From IMG/VR virus record IMGVR_UViG_3300031867_000042, positions 4,909 through 68,908 of that record: DNA of 64,000 bases. One strand, 5' to 3'. Source of the DNA: a virus (taxonomy: Duplodnaviria > Caudoviricetes). The position numbers were made by a program, and so were the translations under genes. How positions within the stretch are numbered: the stretch's first letter is position 1; each line of letters opens with the position of its first letter. The notes under the pieces were generated by a model that searched no databases, was not told the origin of the DNA, and worked only from the letters and a program-made list of their open reading frames with translations. Shown here piece by piece: positions 54,493 through 64,000 of the stretch.

Positions 54493-55530
54493 TTATTGTA
54501 AAGCGTTATTGATATATTCGAGACCAAGCTTGCTATCATATCCATTCTTCTCGCAATACTGTTTGTATTCCTGAGAAATGGAAGTCTTATCAAACTTATT
54601 GTCAAAATTAGATACTACTGGCGAGTTGTCTTCTACTGCTTTTGATTCGGTATCAAATACAACCTTAGATACGCCAGCATCTAACAGCTTTTGTTTGTCT
54701 ACCGTTTTAACGTCTTCATTGTTGCAACTGATAACTACACGATATTTAGTGTTCTTGTCTCCAAGCTGACTTTTTACGCTTGCAACATCGTCATAATCTA
54801 CATTGATTGTCGAAAAACGAGTATTGACCTGATTCTTGACAAACTTAGTGCTGCCATCGCTATATAGCAATGTATAGCCCTTTTCCTCGTCTTCGCCAAA
54901 ATCATGCTGTCTGGATGCACCAATATATTCGATATTGGTTCCTGCAATCTTCTTTCTGTCATGATAATGACCTACAAGAACAGAGTCAAAACAATCGAAT
55001 ATACCAGTAGGCAGCTCATCGTCCATAGGTCTTGTCAATCCACCCTTTATACCCTGATGGCAGTAAAGAATGTTTTTCATTTTTGGATTCAGTGTTGTAA
55101 TCATCGTATTGTACCTGTCAGTAAAAGAGCCAGATTCATAAAAATAGCTCATAATGTACAATACAGTATCGTCGCTTATTTCAAAAGCTTCAAAATCGTC
55201 AACGATAAATATATGCTCATCTGTAGCGCCTAATGCTTTGAAAATATGGTTATATCCAACAAAAGAATCACGGTCCACCTTATCGTGATTTCCCTCAGCT
55301 ACTACAAGGTCAAAGCCCAAAAGACAAGCTTGACGATACGCTTCCCATACTGTCATCAACACGTTTAACGGCTGGGAAGCTGTGTTTTTGAATGTATCTC
55401 CACCAATCACAATCAAACTAACTTGATTATCTTTAGCGATTGTTAGCGCCTCTTGCCAATTTAGCTTGAACTGCTCAATATTAGATTGTGAGATATGTAT
55501 ATCGTTTAATAATAATGCTACTGGTTTCAT
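54493..55530 (-). CDS. sbcD: SbcD/Mre11-like nuclease
   Basis: DIH, GGDTF, GNHD, HQG, GHYH metallophosphoesterase motifs. Confidence 0.92.
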   Translation of the reverse strand: MKPVALLLNDIHISQSNIEQFKLNWQEALTIAKDNQVSLIVIGGDTFKNTASQPLNVLMTVWEAYRQACLLGFDLVVAEGNHDKVDRDSFVGYNHIFKALGATDEHIFIVDDFEAFEISDDTVLYIMSYFYESGSFTDRYNTMITTLNPKMKNILYCHQGIKGGLTRPMDDELPTGIFDCFDSVLVGHYHDRKKIAGTNIEYIGASRQHDFGEDEEKGYTLLYSDGSTKFVKNQVNTRFSTINVDYDDVASVKSQLGDKNTKYRVVISCNNEDVKTVDKQKLLDAGVSKVVFDTESKAVEDNSPVVSNFDNKFDKTSISQEYKQYCEKNGYDSKLGLEYINNALQ

Positions 55531-55601
55531 ATTTGTGTGTTAAAAAAGCGGGCGTATCGTACAGATACGCACCACTTAATGATAAATATAATATATAACT
55601 C

Positions 55602-56948
55602 TTATCTTGGGCTATGAGCAAGATTACGAGCAGGACGTGGACGGCGCGCAGGCTCGTTTGTATCATCGTTATGCTCGCCCTTCGATGGAGTAGATGCAGG
55701 CTCATCATCCTCGTCTTCTTCCTCTGGCGCTGGAGCTGGTGTCTGTTCTGCCTCCTCAGCTTCTGGCTCATCTTCAGGAGTCTCGCCGTTATCGCCAGCT
55801 TCCTCTCTTTCAAGATAATCCTCAATATCAGCCAAAACAGCCTCAATGCTCTTAGTACGAGTAATAACCACATCAATGTCATGAGCGTCGCAGAACTCTC
55901 GAATATCGTTCTTCAACTGGCTATACTCTGGAGTGCCTGCTTTTAATCCGTCTTTTTCAAGAGCCTTAGCCTTATCGTAGAAAGAAGAAATCATATCGTC
56001 AATGTTCTCTTCTTTGCTATCCTCCTTACCATTCAGAGAGAAATGACTTGTATCGTCTGGCGACAACCAGCCCTTTACCTGCTCAATAGCGTCCTGAACT
56101 TCCTTTGAGTCAAATACAGACAGATTGTGCTTTGCGTCGTACTGCTTCAAGTACTCTATGGTTGCTTCCATAGAGTAGCGAGAGTAATGATATATTGTGT
56201 CAGGGATTCTTGGTGCTGCAATCAATGCTTCCAATACCTCCTCGCTCAAATTATCAACACGGCGTGTCTTGATGGTAAACTGATACTCGGTCTTACCGCC
56301 CTCACCCTCTTTCTTGTAAATCTCAATAGGGTAAGCCTGAATAGATGAAATAGGGCATGAAGCGTCTGGCACCTCTTTGATTAGCTCTGCCCACTCACTC
56401 ATCTTACGGTCCTCCAACTCCTTATACTGTGCATAAGACAGTTGGAGTATCTGAATACCGTCTGTTGGCTTGTTCATATCAAGGATGTACATAGCGCGCT
56501 TAGAATCCCACTTCAAACCGCCAGAGAAGCTGTTGCTCTTAATACGCTTACAAATGTCCTGAGAGTCAGCGTACTTGTTCAAAGCGGCAGCAACGTATGC
56601 GTCAACAATATCGGCTGGAAGTCCTGCATACTTACCTCGAACAACGGTAACATATCGCATTTTCTTATTATCGCCAGCGATACCAAGTGTAAGCGACTGG
56701 ATAGGATACTCGTAAGACTTACGATCACCTGCAAATTTAGGCTTACCATCTTCACCCACAACAAGCTCGCCATTCTCGTTAATCAACGGAGCATTAGGAA
56801 GGATTCTTACAAGATAACGGTCATTCTTGTCCATCTTGAAGAATTTCATCGCTTTCTTCTTCGCCTCTTCTGCGGCTTTTCTCTTCGCATCTTCAATAGT
56901 CTCTCCACTCTGCTGAAACAATGCAGCGTAATTTTTAACGTCTGTCAT
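55602..56948 (-). CDS. Single-stranded DNA-binding protein (gp32-like)
   Basis: F.MDKNDRYLVRILP N-terminus; EKK...KTEY; long acidic C-terminal tail. Confidence 0.7.
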   Translation of the reverse strand: MTDVKNYAALFQQSGETIEDAKRKAAEEAKKKAMKFFKMDKNDRYLVRILPNAPLINENGELVVGEDGKPKFAGDRKSYEYPIQSLTLGIAGDNKKMRYVTVVRGKYAGLPADIVDAYVAAALNKYADSQDICKRIKSNSFSGGLKWDSKRAMYILDMNKPTDGIQILQLSYAQYKELEDRKMSEWAELIKEVPDASCPISSIQAYPIEIYKKEGEGGKTEYQFTIKTRRVDNLSEEVLEALIAAPRIPDTIYHYSRYSMEATIEYLKQYDAKHNLSVFDSKEVQDAIEQVKGWLSPDDTSHFSLNGKEDSKEENIDDMISSFYDKAKALEKDGLKAGTPEYSQLKNDIREFCDAHDIDVVITRTKSIEAVLADIEDYLEREEAGDNGETPEDEPEAEEAEQTPAPAPEEEDEDDEPASTPSKGEHNDDTNEPARRPRPARNLAHSPR

Positions 56949-56981
56949 AAAAAACTTAAAAAATAAATTAAACAATATTAC

Positions 56982-57449
56982 TTAAACTTCTCTATTTGAG
57001 ATATACTCTCTCCATTGGTCTGTATATGCCGAAGCGTAAGGTGCTTGCGCCTCTTTAGGCTGAAGCTCACTTCTTTCAGTAATCTTAATACCCCATGTCT
57101 GGTCGGCATATTTAATCACGTTATCAGTAAAATCTTGCAAGATTTTGCTTTTTTCCTCTTTAATGTCTTGAAATGTAAAATCTTCGCCATCAATTTCTAC
57201 GGTTCTAACCGGAGCAAATTTTCTTTCGAAAAATTTATACAAGCCATCAACAGATATATTTGTCTGTGCCGATATTTCTTTCAGCACAACGCCGAACAAA
57301 TACTTTAAAAATGGAAGCGCACGGTTACGCTGATAATCCATTACCAAAACGCGGTAATCTCCATCTGGTATCTTGTTCAGTTCGTGTCTCAGCAAATCGA
57401 TACTGTATTCGCCGTTACATTTGATTATTGACAAGTCTTTAACAATCAT
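56982..57449 (-). CDS. NinB/YbcN-like recombination protein
   Basis: RNRALPFLKYLFGVVLKEIS...DGLYKFFERKF. Confidence 0.55.
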   Translation of the reverse strand: MIVKDLSIIKCNGEYSIDLLRHELNKIPDGDYRVLVMDYQRNRALPFLKYLFGVVLKEISAQTNISVDGLYKFFERKFAPVRTVEIDGEDFTFQDIKEEKSKILQDFTDNVIKYADQTWGIKITERSELQPKEAQAPYASAYTDQWREYISNREV

Positions 57450-57483
57450 ATAATTAGCAATGAATAATGTTTTAACTCTGATG

Positions 57484-57515
57484 CAAAGATAAGGCACTCA
57501 TTTTCAAAAACCAAA
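57484..57515 (-). promoter_or_regulatory. Sigma-A promoter of replication operon
   Basis: - strand TTTG (57512-57515), 20-nt spacer, TATCTTTG (57484-57491). Confidence 0.75.
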
Positions 57516-57620
57516 TTTTTTATATTTTTTATTTTAAACATTTTTCTTAACAAACTGATAATCAGTAATAAAAAATTTTTGATTTTAGAAAAATTACTTA
57601 TTTACAAAATTACAATAAAA

Positions 57621-57644
57621 AAGTACCGGGATTTCCCGGTACTT
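57621..57644. terminator. Near-perfect palindrome ending the - strand structural operon
   Basis: AAGTACCGGGA-TT-TCCCGGTACTT. Confidence 0.65.
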
Positions 57645-58101
57645 AATTATAAGAAAAAGTCTTTAATTTACGGTCAATGTAATACAATTCATTAGTAGCC
57701 GTAGGAATGAACTTTGTCTTTGGTCTCAATCCTTCCAACCTATACTTCCTTAAAGCTAACCAAAATTGCCGAGTATGAAAGAAAGCTTCATCACTACGAT
57801 ATGCTAAATTTTCAATCATATATACTGAAGGGTCTTTCTTAGTCTCTTCTGCAACCGCCATAATCAGACTATACTCTATTGGAGTTTCGTGCATAAGAAG
57901 CCATCCAAGCCGAGTTTCTTTAAACTCCACCTTTCTTCTTACCCTTTTTCTTCTTGGGCTGGGTTTTTTCTTGGACTGGGGCAACTTGCGTGACGATACT
58001 AACACACGTTCTTGTCCTGTCTGCTTCTTCTTTCTTATAGCGGCGGATTTCTTGGATAAATTCGCGCTGCTCTCTGATGCGTTTTTGCGATTCAATATCA
58101 T
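57643..58101 (-). CDS. Hypothetical basic protein
   Basis: FKETRLGWLL.HETPIEYSLI C-terminal domain; N-terminal start uncertain (see findings). Confidence 0.6.
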   Translation of the reverse strand: MILNRKNASESSANLSKKSAAIRKKKQTGQERVLVSSRKLPQSKKKPSPRRKRVRRKVEFKETRLGWLLMHETPIEYSLIMAVAEETKKDPSVYMIENLAYRSDEAFFHTRQFWLALRKYRLEGLRPKTKFIPTATNELYYIDRKLKTFSYN

Positions 58102-58139
58102 TCTTCAAATTTATAATTCCCATTGATACTAATATTAAA

Positions 58140-59948
58140 TTAAACCATATAGCTAAAGCTCAAATTGATCGTCTGCTTGTATCCAGCACCTTGATAGCGG
58201 ACACATTTAACCACTCTGCTGCCGGCTTCTATTCGATAATGGAACTCGCCATCCCAGTTACAGCTATACTGGCACGGATGAACCGGTGGGGAGACAGTGT
58301 TAGGCAACGTAAAGCAAACGCCGTTTCTCATTGTTCTGAATGTGCCCTGAACGAACACTATGTTTCCAAACTGACGAACCCATATATCATCAATATCAAA
58401 ATTCTTTCCTGTATTGATACGAATCCAGCCAGTATCAAATAGCTTTTCTTGCATATCACCTATATAAGCTGCGCCAATATTAGAACAAATAGCACGCTTA
58501 CGATTTACTAATTGTTCTGTATAGTCAACAGCAGTTGGTGACAATCCAAATGTAGCAATATCTGAAAAGGCATTAGCCATAGTAGGACACAAAGCCGCTA
58601 CATCGTCGCGCGACATAGCACCAATATCTCCACGGACCTGAGAGGCACTTGTACGGCGAACCAATTCAGCCAAGCCGGAGCTAAATGCAACATATCTGTC
58701 ATCAGCCGCCGTTTTGGAGTAAACATTATCGGCATTTGCCTTTGTGTTCAATGCGGCAGTCACTGGCGCAAGCAAAGCATACGCAGACAACGGTGTGCCT
58801 TGAACAACCAAATTACCCGATATATTTACATCGCTATCCAGCTTAATACTTCCAATGATATTCTTAATAATAAAATCGGAAGTATTGACATCTGAATAGC
58901 CGACAGATGCCATATTTTCACCATCTTTATCCTTCCAGTCAATTGCCTTAACCAAGGCAGGATTTGACTTGCTCATCGTTGTATGCTGCAATGTAATGCC
59001 AGAATAGCTTGATGCAGCCGTAATCTGAGCAGCTATTTGCATTTCATGTTCAGAGCCGTCGATAAAGACCACTGTCGTACCCTTACCGTCTCCAATCCTC
59101 AAATCACGGAATTTAGTATAGCCACCGTCAAATCCAACGCAGTTTAAATCCAAGCTGCCATCATCGGCGTTAACTCCATCATTATATATTGCGCTATTGG
59201 TAATTGCGACGTTGCCGCCTTTTACAGTAGTTGCAATTACTGAAGATGCAGTGATACGACCAGCCGCATTGATTCCTGCGATGGTCTGTGTGCCAGCCTT
59301 GAACAATAAATTGCCCTCTTTGGTTAGCTGAATTGAATAGTCAGAATCAACCACCGAACGGATAACTAATGTACCATCCTGACTATATTCAATGTTACAT
59401 TGACTATTGCCGCTTCTAATTTTATAGGCTCCACTGTTTACAGCTTCAACAAAAGATACTATTGACTTAAAAGATACAGCGCCAGCCACTTCCTGCTCTG
59501 AATCAGTATTCAAGATAAGGGCGTATTTACCAAAGAAAGCGTCGTTAATAGTATCTTTGGTATTATCCGACCTAATTAAGATATATTCAGGTACATTGCC
59601 CGTCACAGCATCGGTTGTGTTCGGAGGCAATGTTAAAGCCTGAACGCTATAAACTGTACGTCCTACTTTATCAGCGCTATCAGCATAAGCGACTGATTCC
59701 GTGTAATTATACTCAGCCAAATAGACTGGAAAACTTGCGACTGCATTTGTCCCCGGAAAATAGCGAATCTTGCCATTTATATATACAAAGCCGCTGGAAA
59801 TTCTAACTCCATTGACTTCGCAACCCGATATGACGAAATTATCACAGCCGTCAAACATCTTGTTGATAGCTAAAGACAAATCTTGTAGATTCAGAATATC
59901 ATCTACATAAGTATGTCTTCCGCCAGTTTGCGCACTAAATTCTATCAT
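58140..59948 (-). CDS. Baseplate/tail fibre proximal protein
   Basis: NFVISGCEV...ISSGFVYINGKI; C-terminal DTGWI...VRQFGNIVFVQG. Confidence 0.7.
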   Translation of the reverse strand: MIEFSAQTGGRHTYVDDILNLQDLSLAINKMFDGCDNFVISGCEVNGVRISSGFVYINGKIRYFPGTNAVASFPVYLAEYNYTESVAYADSADKVGRTVYSVQALTLPPNTTDAVTGNVPEYILIRSDNTKDTINDAFFGKYALILNTDSEQEVAGAVSFKSIVSFVEAVNSGAYKIRSGNSQCNIEYSQDGTLVIRSVVDSDYSIQLTKEGNLLFKAGTQTIAGINAAGRITASSVIATTVKGGNVAITNSAIYNDGVNADDGSLDLNCVGFDGGYTKFRDLRIGDGKGTTVVFIDGSEHEMQIAAQITAASSYSGITLQHTTMSKSNPALVKAIDWKDKDGENMASVGYSDVNTSDFIIKNIIGSIKLDSDVNISGNLVVQGTPLSAYALLAPVTAALNTKANADNVYSKTAADDRYVAFSSGLAELVRRTSASQVRGDIGAMSRDDVAALCPTMANAFSDIATFGLSPTAVDYTEQLVNRKRAICSNIGAAYIGDMQEKLFDTGWIRINTGKNFDIDDIWVRQFGNIVFVQGTFRTMRNGVCFTLPNTVSPPVHPCQYSCNWDGEFHYRIEAGSRVVKCVRYQGAGYKQTINLSFSYMV

Positions 59949-59949
59949 A

Positions 59950-60480
59950 TTATATGAATTTTATATTATACGTTTTACCTGCAATACGGTATCTGTCTGT
60001 CCAATAAGAGATAATATTTCTCACCTCTCCAGTAGATATAATATCCGTATTGATAGCTGGGCAGTTGATAATAAAGCTATAAGCGCTGGTATCCGACTGC
60101 TCATTCTCATATCTCAAAACGGCTTGCGGTTCTGCCCCTTTCAGCTCTCCTTCTTGTCGCATAATGACATCTTCAGGACTCTCAGCCCTTGCCCAATACA
60201 TTACAAGACCGTTGCTTGTTCCGTCAGTAATGGTTATTCGCTGTGTTGAATCAGCGAAATATTTTCTTAGCTTATAAGTCAGAAAATATTCAAACAATAT
60301 AACCTGAGAGGTCATTGCCGCTTCCATGCGCTTCTCATAAGCCCACTGTTCCCATTTTTCCTGCGTATCTTGCAACGGAGAAAGAATCGCCTGTACAAAC
60401 AGGACCAGCTTTCTGCCTCCAAGAAAATGGGGCATTAGCTGGTTAACCAAATTGCTTACTGAAAAACTATATTTTCTCAT
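59950..60480 (-). CDS. Baseplate wedge-like protein
   Basis: LVNQLMPHFL...LSPL...SQVILFEY.L...YRIAGKTYNI. Confidence 0.65.
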   Translation of the reverse strand: MRKYSFSVSNLVNQLMPHFLGGRKLVLFVQAILSPLQDTQEKWEQWAYEKRMEAAMTSQVILFEYFLTYKLRKYFADSTQRITITDGTSNGLVMYWARAESPEDVIMRQEGELKGAEPQAVLRYENEQSDTSAYSFIINCPAINTDIISTGEVRNIISYWTDRYRIAGKTYNIKFI

Positions 60481-61379
60481 TCTTCACCTTCAACTTTAAG
60501 TACAATCGCTTCTCTGTATGTCGGGAAATCGGCTTCCGCTCCTTCTCTGGTACTTTGCTTCAAAAAACCCGAAGACGTTTTTGTCATTCGCTCAATTTTC
60601 TGCAAACCGCCCTGCTCTATCTGGTTATCATCGTCATATTTAGCAATAAATACGCCCTGTTCCTCTCCTTGCGCTGCCATTGGATCCATGTAGACATCTG
60701 TAACATGCTCTGCGCTTTGTATCGCATCGATAATCTTCTGCACATAAACATTGCTATCAAACGACATGTTCTCAATATAATCAGACAGAGCAGTTTCAAT
60801 ATTTGTATACATTGCATCCTCTGAAATAGCTCCATCATAATACACCGTCAGACGCGGAACAAGGACATCGCCCTTACGACTGACTACGCGAGTCTTCACT
60901 CCAGCAAACTTAATCTGATTCATGTAGGCTCTGGCTGACAACAACTCTTCATAAGAAAGCTGCTCCAATGAACTACCCTCGCCCTTGGCTACTTTCAGAA
61001 TCAGCACATTGTCTTTATAATCAGTGTTGTATTGTTCCTCGTAGGATACTCTGGTAATAAGACATTTGCTTGAATCCTCGTTCTGGTAATAGAATGAAGT
61101 TCCCGATTCATCAACAACCAAAGAATCTCCATACTGCCATTTCTTCATCGCATTGGCGTAATATGCTGCCGTACCATGTATCCTGCCTGCCATAATATTA
61201 GCAAAATCAATCATAAATGTATCCAGCAATGTCTCAAACGAATACACAACTGAAGAAGCAGTATATGTGATGGCGTTAATGATAGACATCTTACTATCAT
61301 TGTTCAGCGAATTAAGATTCAAATACTCATTTCTTTTCTGAACAGCCGAATTATATATATCACTTAATGTTCTACTCAT
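60477..61379 (-). CDS. Baseplate J-like protein
   Basis: HGTAAYYA..KWQYGD, LKVAK, YMNQIKFAGVK, KIIDAIQSAEHV.D. Confidence 0.7.
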   Translation of the reverse strand: MSRTLSDIYNSAVQKRNEYLNLNSLNNDSKMSIINAITYTASSVVYSFETLLDTFMIDFANIMAGRIHGTAAYYANAMKKWQYGDSLVVDESGTSFYYQNEDSSKCLITRVSYEEQYNTDYKDNVLILKVAKGEGSSLEQLSYEELLSARAYMNQIKFAGVKTRVVSRKGDVLVPRLTVYYDGAISEDAMYTNIETALSDYIENMSFDSNVYVQKIIDAIQSAEHVTDVYMDPMAAQGEEQGVFIAKYDDDNQIEQGGLQKIERMTKTSSGFLKQSTREGAEADFPTYREAIVLKVEGEE

Positions 61380-62308
61380 ACGCTATATGTATAAATATGT
61401 CCGTTAATATCAAACTTCCACACACCAGCCTGATTCCAGTCTGCTTCATGTGTTATTACATAGACAGCCTCCATTCCAGTAGTGATGACATAGTTGCCAA
61501 AACCATCTTTTTCAGGCTCTCTATATTCTCCTAATGGAGATATGTCCAACTTTACTTCACACGGTCTGCGTGTTCCATAATGACTGGCTATATAAATAAA
61601 TAGTTCGTCAATAGCACCCAGATTTTCATAGGTGTTATTGCTTAACTCTAAATACTGTAAGTTCAAGTCTTTAAGGTGCATCAAAGACTTGACTCTATGT
61701 TTTGAATATACAACGCTGTATAATTCACGCGCTAATGTCAATGAATCAATATTGACTGTACCGCCATTGGATATGTATTGCTCAATCTGGAAAGATGACA
61801 AGATATACATTTCTCCATGCAACTTGGACACATCAAGGGTCTGGAATGTAAAATTGCCATAGAATGTAATGATACGGGCAGTAGTAGTTTTGTTATCGAA
61901 GTAATGGCTATATTCCTTAATTTCACCATTTTGCATGTTGATGCTTTCCAAATCACTATTGTCTCCCCAGTCGATTACAAGTTTCCCATTTCCTGACCAA
62001 GATATTTTAATTAGCTCCTCATCCTTATCCAGTTTAAGGACCATTCTCTTTGTCAAGTCACATTGCTTGTATTGTATATGCCGTTTGCCATTTGCTACTA
62101 TTGCCTTTCGCTTATCAATAGCATCCAGCATATCCTTATTTACGACAAGACCAGAGTCATACTCCAGTTCATCGCCAGCCTTTAATTCCGTTCCCAATCC
62201 CAATTCTGAATTTAGGAACAGCAAATAAGAAATTCCTTCAATAGAGCCGTACAATGTAACAGCTACATCGAACAAATTCTGTCCTTCTTTAACTTTATAC
62301 ACTGCCAT
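61376..62308 (-). CDS. Baseplate protein with N-terminal LysM-like domain
   Basis: YKVKEGQNLFDVAVTLYGSIEG. Confidence 0.7.
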   Translation of the reverse strand: MAVYKVKEGQNLFDVAVTLYGSIEGISYLLFLNSELGLGTELKAGDELEYDSGLVVNKDMLDAIDKRKAIVANGKRHIQYKQCDLTKRMVLKLDKDEELIKISWSGNGKLVIDWGDNSDLESINMQNGEIKEYSHYFDNKTTTARIITFYGNFTFQTLDVSKLHGEMYILSSFQIEQYISNGGTVNIDSLTLARELYSVVYSKHRVKSLMHLKDLNLQYLELSNNTYENLGAIDELFIYIASHYGTRRPCEVKLDISPLGEYREPEKDGFGNYVITTGMEAVYVITHEADWNQAGVWKFDINGHIYTYSV

Positions 62309-62960
62309 TTGCCTCTGAAAAATCTAAGTCTAACACTAACTTCTTTGTATCATCATCGTAATACGCATTGCGTACCACGGTTTTTTCCTCACTAAATTCA
62401 GCTTGAAGAACTCTCGCCAAATCAGTAGTAGATATATTCGAGTTCAGATATAAAATCATACCTACGCCAGACGCCGGATAACGATAATAGTTGCCCGGAA
62501 CACAGCGCAGCAATAAATTTCTATTCTGGATGTTCGCTTCAATCTGTTCAAAGTCTAAATCATCAGCAGAATATAACACCGCTGTTCCGCCATCAATCAC
62601 AACATTGAACATAAAATCTTCATTGACCTCAAATAGCTGAGATATGTTCAGTCCGCTGTGCCTACTAACCACACAGTCAAAAACATCATCACCAGTATTA
62701 GGGTTAGCGATGAATCTATTGTTATTACCATAAATTCGTGCAAATCTTATTTTTAATGGTTTTTCAATTGGAGTATATGGGATTTTTACAATAGCCCCAA
62801 CAGTCTGAAGACGGCGAATGTCAAAGCTGGCAGGGATAAATATGGTGCATAGCACATACGCATCCATCTCTTCCAACTCCACTTTACGGACATTGGTATG
62901 GATTGTTTCTTTCCATACAATATCGCCAGCAGCCGTGTCTATATGAATATCTTGTCGCAT
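62295..62960 (-). CDS. Baseplate wedge (gp25-like) protein
   Basis: QNRNLLLRCVPGNYYRYPASGVG...QAEF; start placed after CTATTCTT motif. Confidence 0.65.
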   Translation of the reverse strand: MRQDIHIDTAAGDIVWKETIHTNVRKVELEEMDAYVLCTIFIPASFDIRRLQTVGAIVKIPYTPIEKPLKIRFARIYGNNNRFIANPNTGDDVFDCVVSRHSGLNISQLFEVNEDFMFNVVIDGGTAVLYSADDLDFEQIEANIQNRNLLLRCVPGNYYRYPASGVGMILYLNSNISTTDLARVLQAEFSEEKTVVRNAYYDDDTKKLVLDLDFSEANGSV

Positions 62961-63021
62961 ATACGATAACTTTAAAAAGAATAGAGAGAAAACTGACAAC
63001 CAGTTCGCTCTCTATCGAATT

Positions 63022-63987
63022 TTAATAAGTGTAATATACTGGCTCGTAAGAATCGCCATAATCCACCGTAACATCATCTTTCATAAATTCAATACGCAAA
63101 CGGTCATAATTGGCATCCGTCATTTCCGGCTTAGGCTCATAGCAATCATCTATCAAAAACTGACAATAATCATCGTAATAATATCTTCCCAAATAATTAA
63201 CCAATGCTTGCTCTAAATTAAACTGACCTGTATCGCTACCATTAGGAATCTGCGCTTGAACGTATGAATAAAAACTATCTATACTGAATGAATTACGACG
63301 ATCTTCTACCCAAAGCGTAAACGTAGAGATAAATTTTGTATATTGCTCATACGTTCGCCAGCACACAAAACATTCACCGTGATCGTGCTGTGAACTTATG
63401 TATATCTTATTTTCGTTCACACCACTGGTTACGGCACTCTTGAATATTGACGCTGTTCGCGTTCTCACAGGTTTATGGTTAGTAGCCGCACTAACTGTAT
63501 ACAAAGATTGCAAGCTCTCCGTTAAAGGTTCGCCATAAAAAACATCCCGTGACACACCATGCTGACTATATTGCGTTGTTAACACTGCATCCGGAACAAT
63601 AGTATCAACGCTATCGTACAAAGTGCCAACATAACCATACTGAAAATTATAATCAGTATAGTATTGCCGCTTTAAGCGCTGAAGGGTCGTAGCACGATTA
63701 TAATACAAATCTATTGAAACAAAATTTACTATATCAGTTCCAAAACCAGACCTATATTCTTTTAAGGTATCAAAAGACGCATATCCTCTAACACCTGTCA
63801 TTGCTACGCTGTAAATCACATTGCCAGCTGTATCAAGTATTATCAGCATCGGGGTGTCTGCTGGATAATCATTATTATACAGTAATGGCTGTTCTACATC
63901 ATTCACAAATATTGTTCGGTTTTGTTCATTGTTCATAGCAAAACGTAAACGCACATGCCCATCTAAATCTTTAACATTCAATGACAA
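63022..63987 (-). CDS. Hypothetical structural-region protein
   Basis: 321-aa ORF. Confidence 0.65.
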   Translation of the reverse strand: MSLNVKDLDGHVRLRFAMNNEQNRTIFVNDVEQPLLYNNDYPADTPMLIILDTAGNVIYSVAMTGVRGYASFDTLKEYRSGFGTDIVNFVSIDLYYNRATTLQRLKRQYYTDYNFQYGYVGTLYDSVDTIVPDAVLTTQYSQHGVSRDVFYGEPLTESLQSLYTVSAATNHKPVRTRTASIFKSAVTSGVNENKIYISSQHDHGECFVCWRTYEQYTKFISTFTLWVEDRRNSFSIDSFYSYVQAQIPNGSDTGQFNLEQALVNYLGRYYYDDYCQFLIDDCYEPKPEMTDANYDRLRIEFMKDDVTVDYGDSYEPVYYTY

Positions 63988-64000
63988 AGCTGAAATAGCC

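Noticed and set aside
123-62228. Numerous 60-190 aa opposite-strand or nested ORFs in the track (e.g. 16142-16696, 43682-44254, 52538-53104)
   Set aside because: They lie antisense to well-supported genes, lack recognisable motifs or leaders, and are best explained as shadow ORFs
1-64000. Stop-codon recoding as in some Bacteroidota phages
   Set aside because: Core genes are full length in the standard code, and TAG is used as a normal stop (e.g. 8928, 12293)

Overview
This is a 64 kb segment of a large tailed phage or prophage with a probable contractile tail and a Bacteroidota host. The host call rests on several TAnnTTTG sigma-A promoters, AT-rich leaders without Shine-Dalgarno motifs, and Bacteroidales-phage-type gene families; the standard genetic code fits all long ORFs. 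Layout: (1) 0.2-25.3 kb, + strand: early/accessory genes, including an orphan N6-adenine methyltransferase, lysis genes, paralogous small-protein families, a Tad1-containing anti-defence cluster, RNase H and ThyX. (2) 25.5-27.3 kb, - strand: a three-gene module with its own promoter. (3) 27.6-31.7 kb: terminase large subunit carrying a class-3-type LAGLIDADG intein, plus a head-tail adaptor. (4) 32.4-41.1 kb: tail fibre/adaptor genes and TerS. (5) 41.2-57.4 kb, - strand: a replication/recombination operon (DEDDh exonuclease, guanylate kinase, split DnaE, Pif1/RecD-like helicase, primase, DnaB, sigma factor, RuvC, SbcCD, SSB, NinB-like). (6) 57.6-64 kb: baseplate genes. The most notable observations are a DnaE split into two genes whose ends carry a split Hint (intein-like) domain lacking all splicing residues, with a helicase gene between the halves; a 1.3 kb non-coding array of seven strongly structured, probably + strand RNA elements; a cluster of known and candidate immune-signal sponge proteins; and a CTATTCTT promoter-like motif that may be read by the phage sigma factor. 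All family assignments come from motif recognition by eye; no database searches or folding programs were run.
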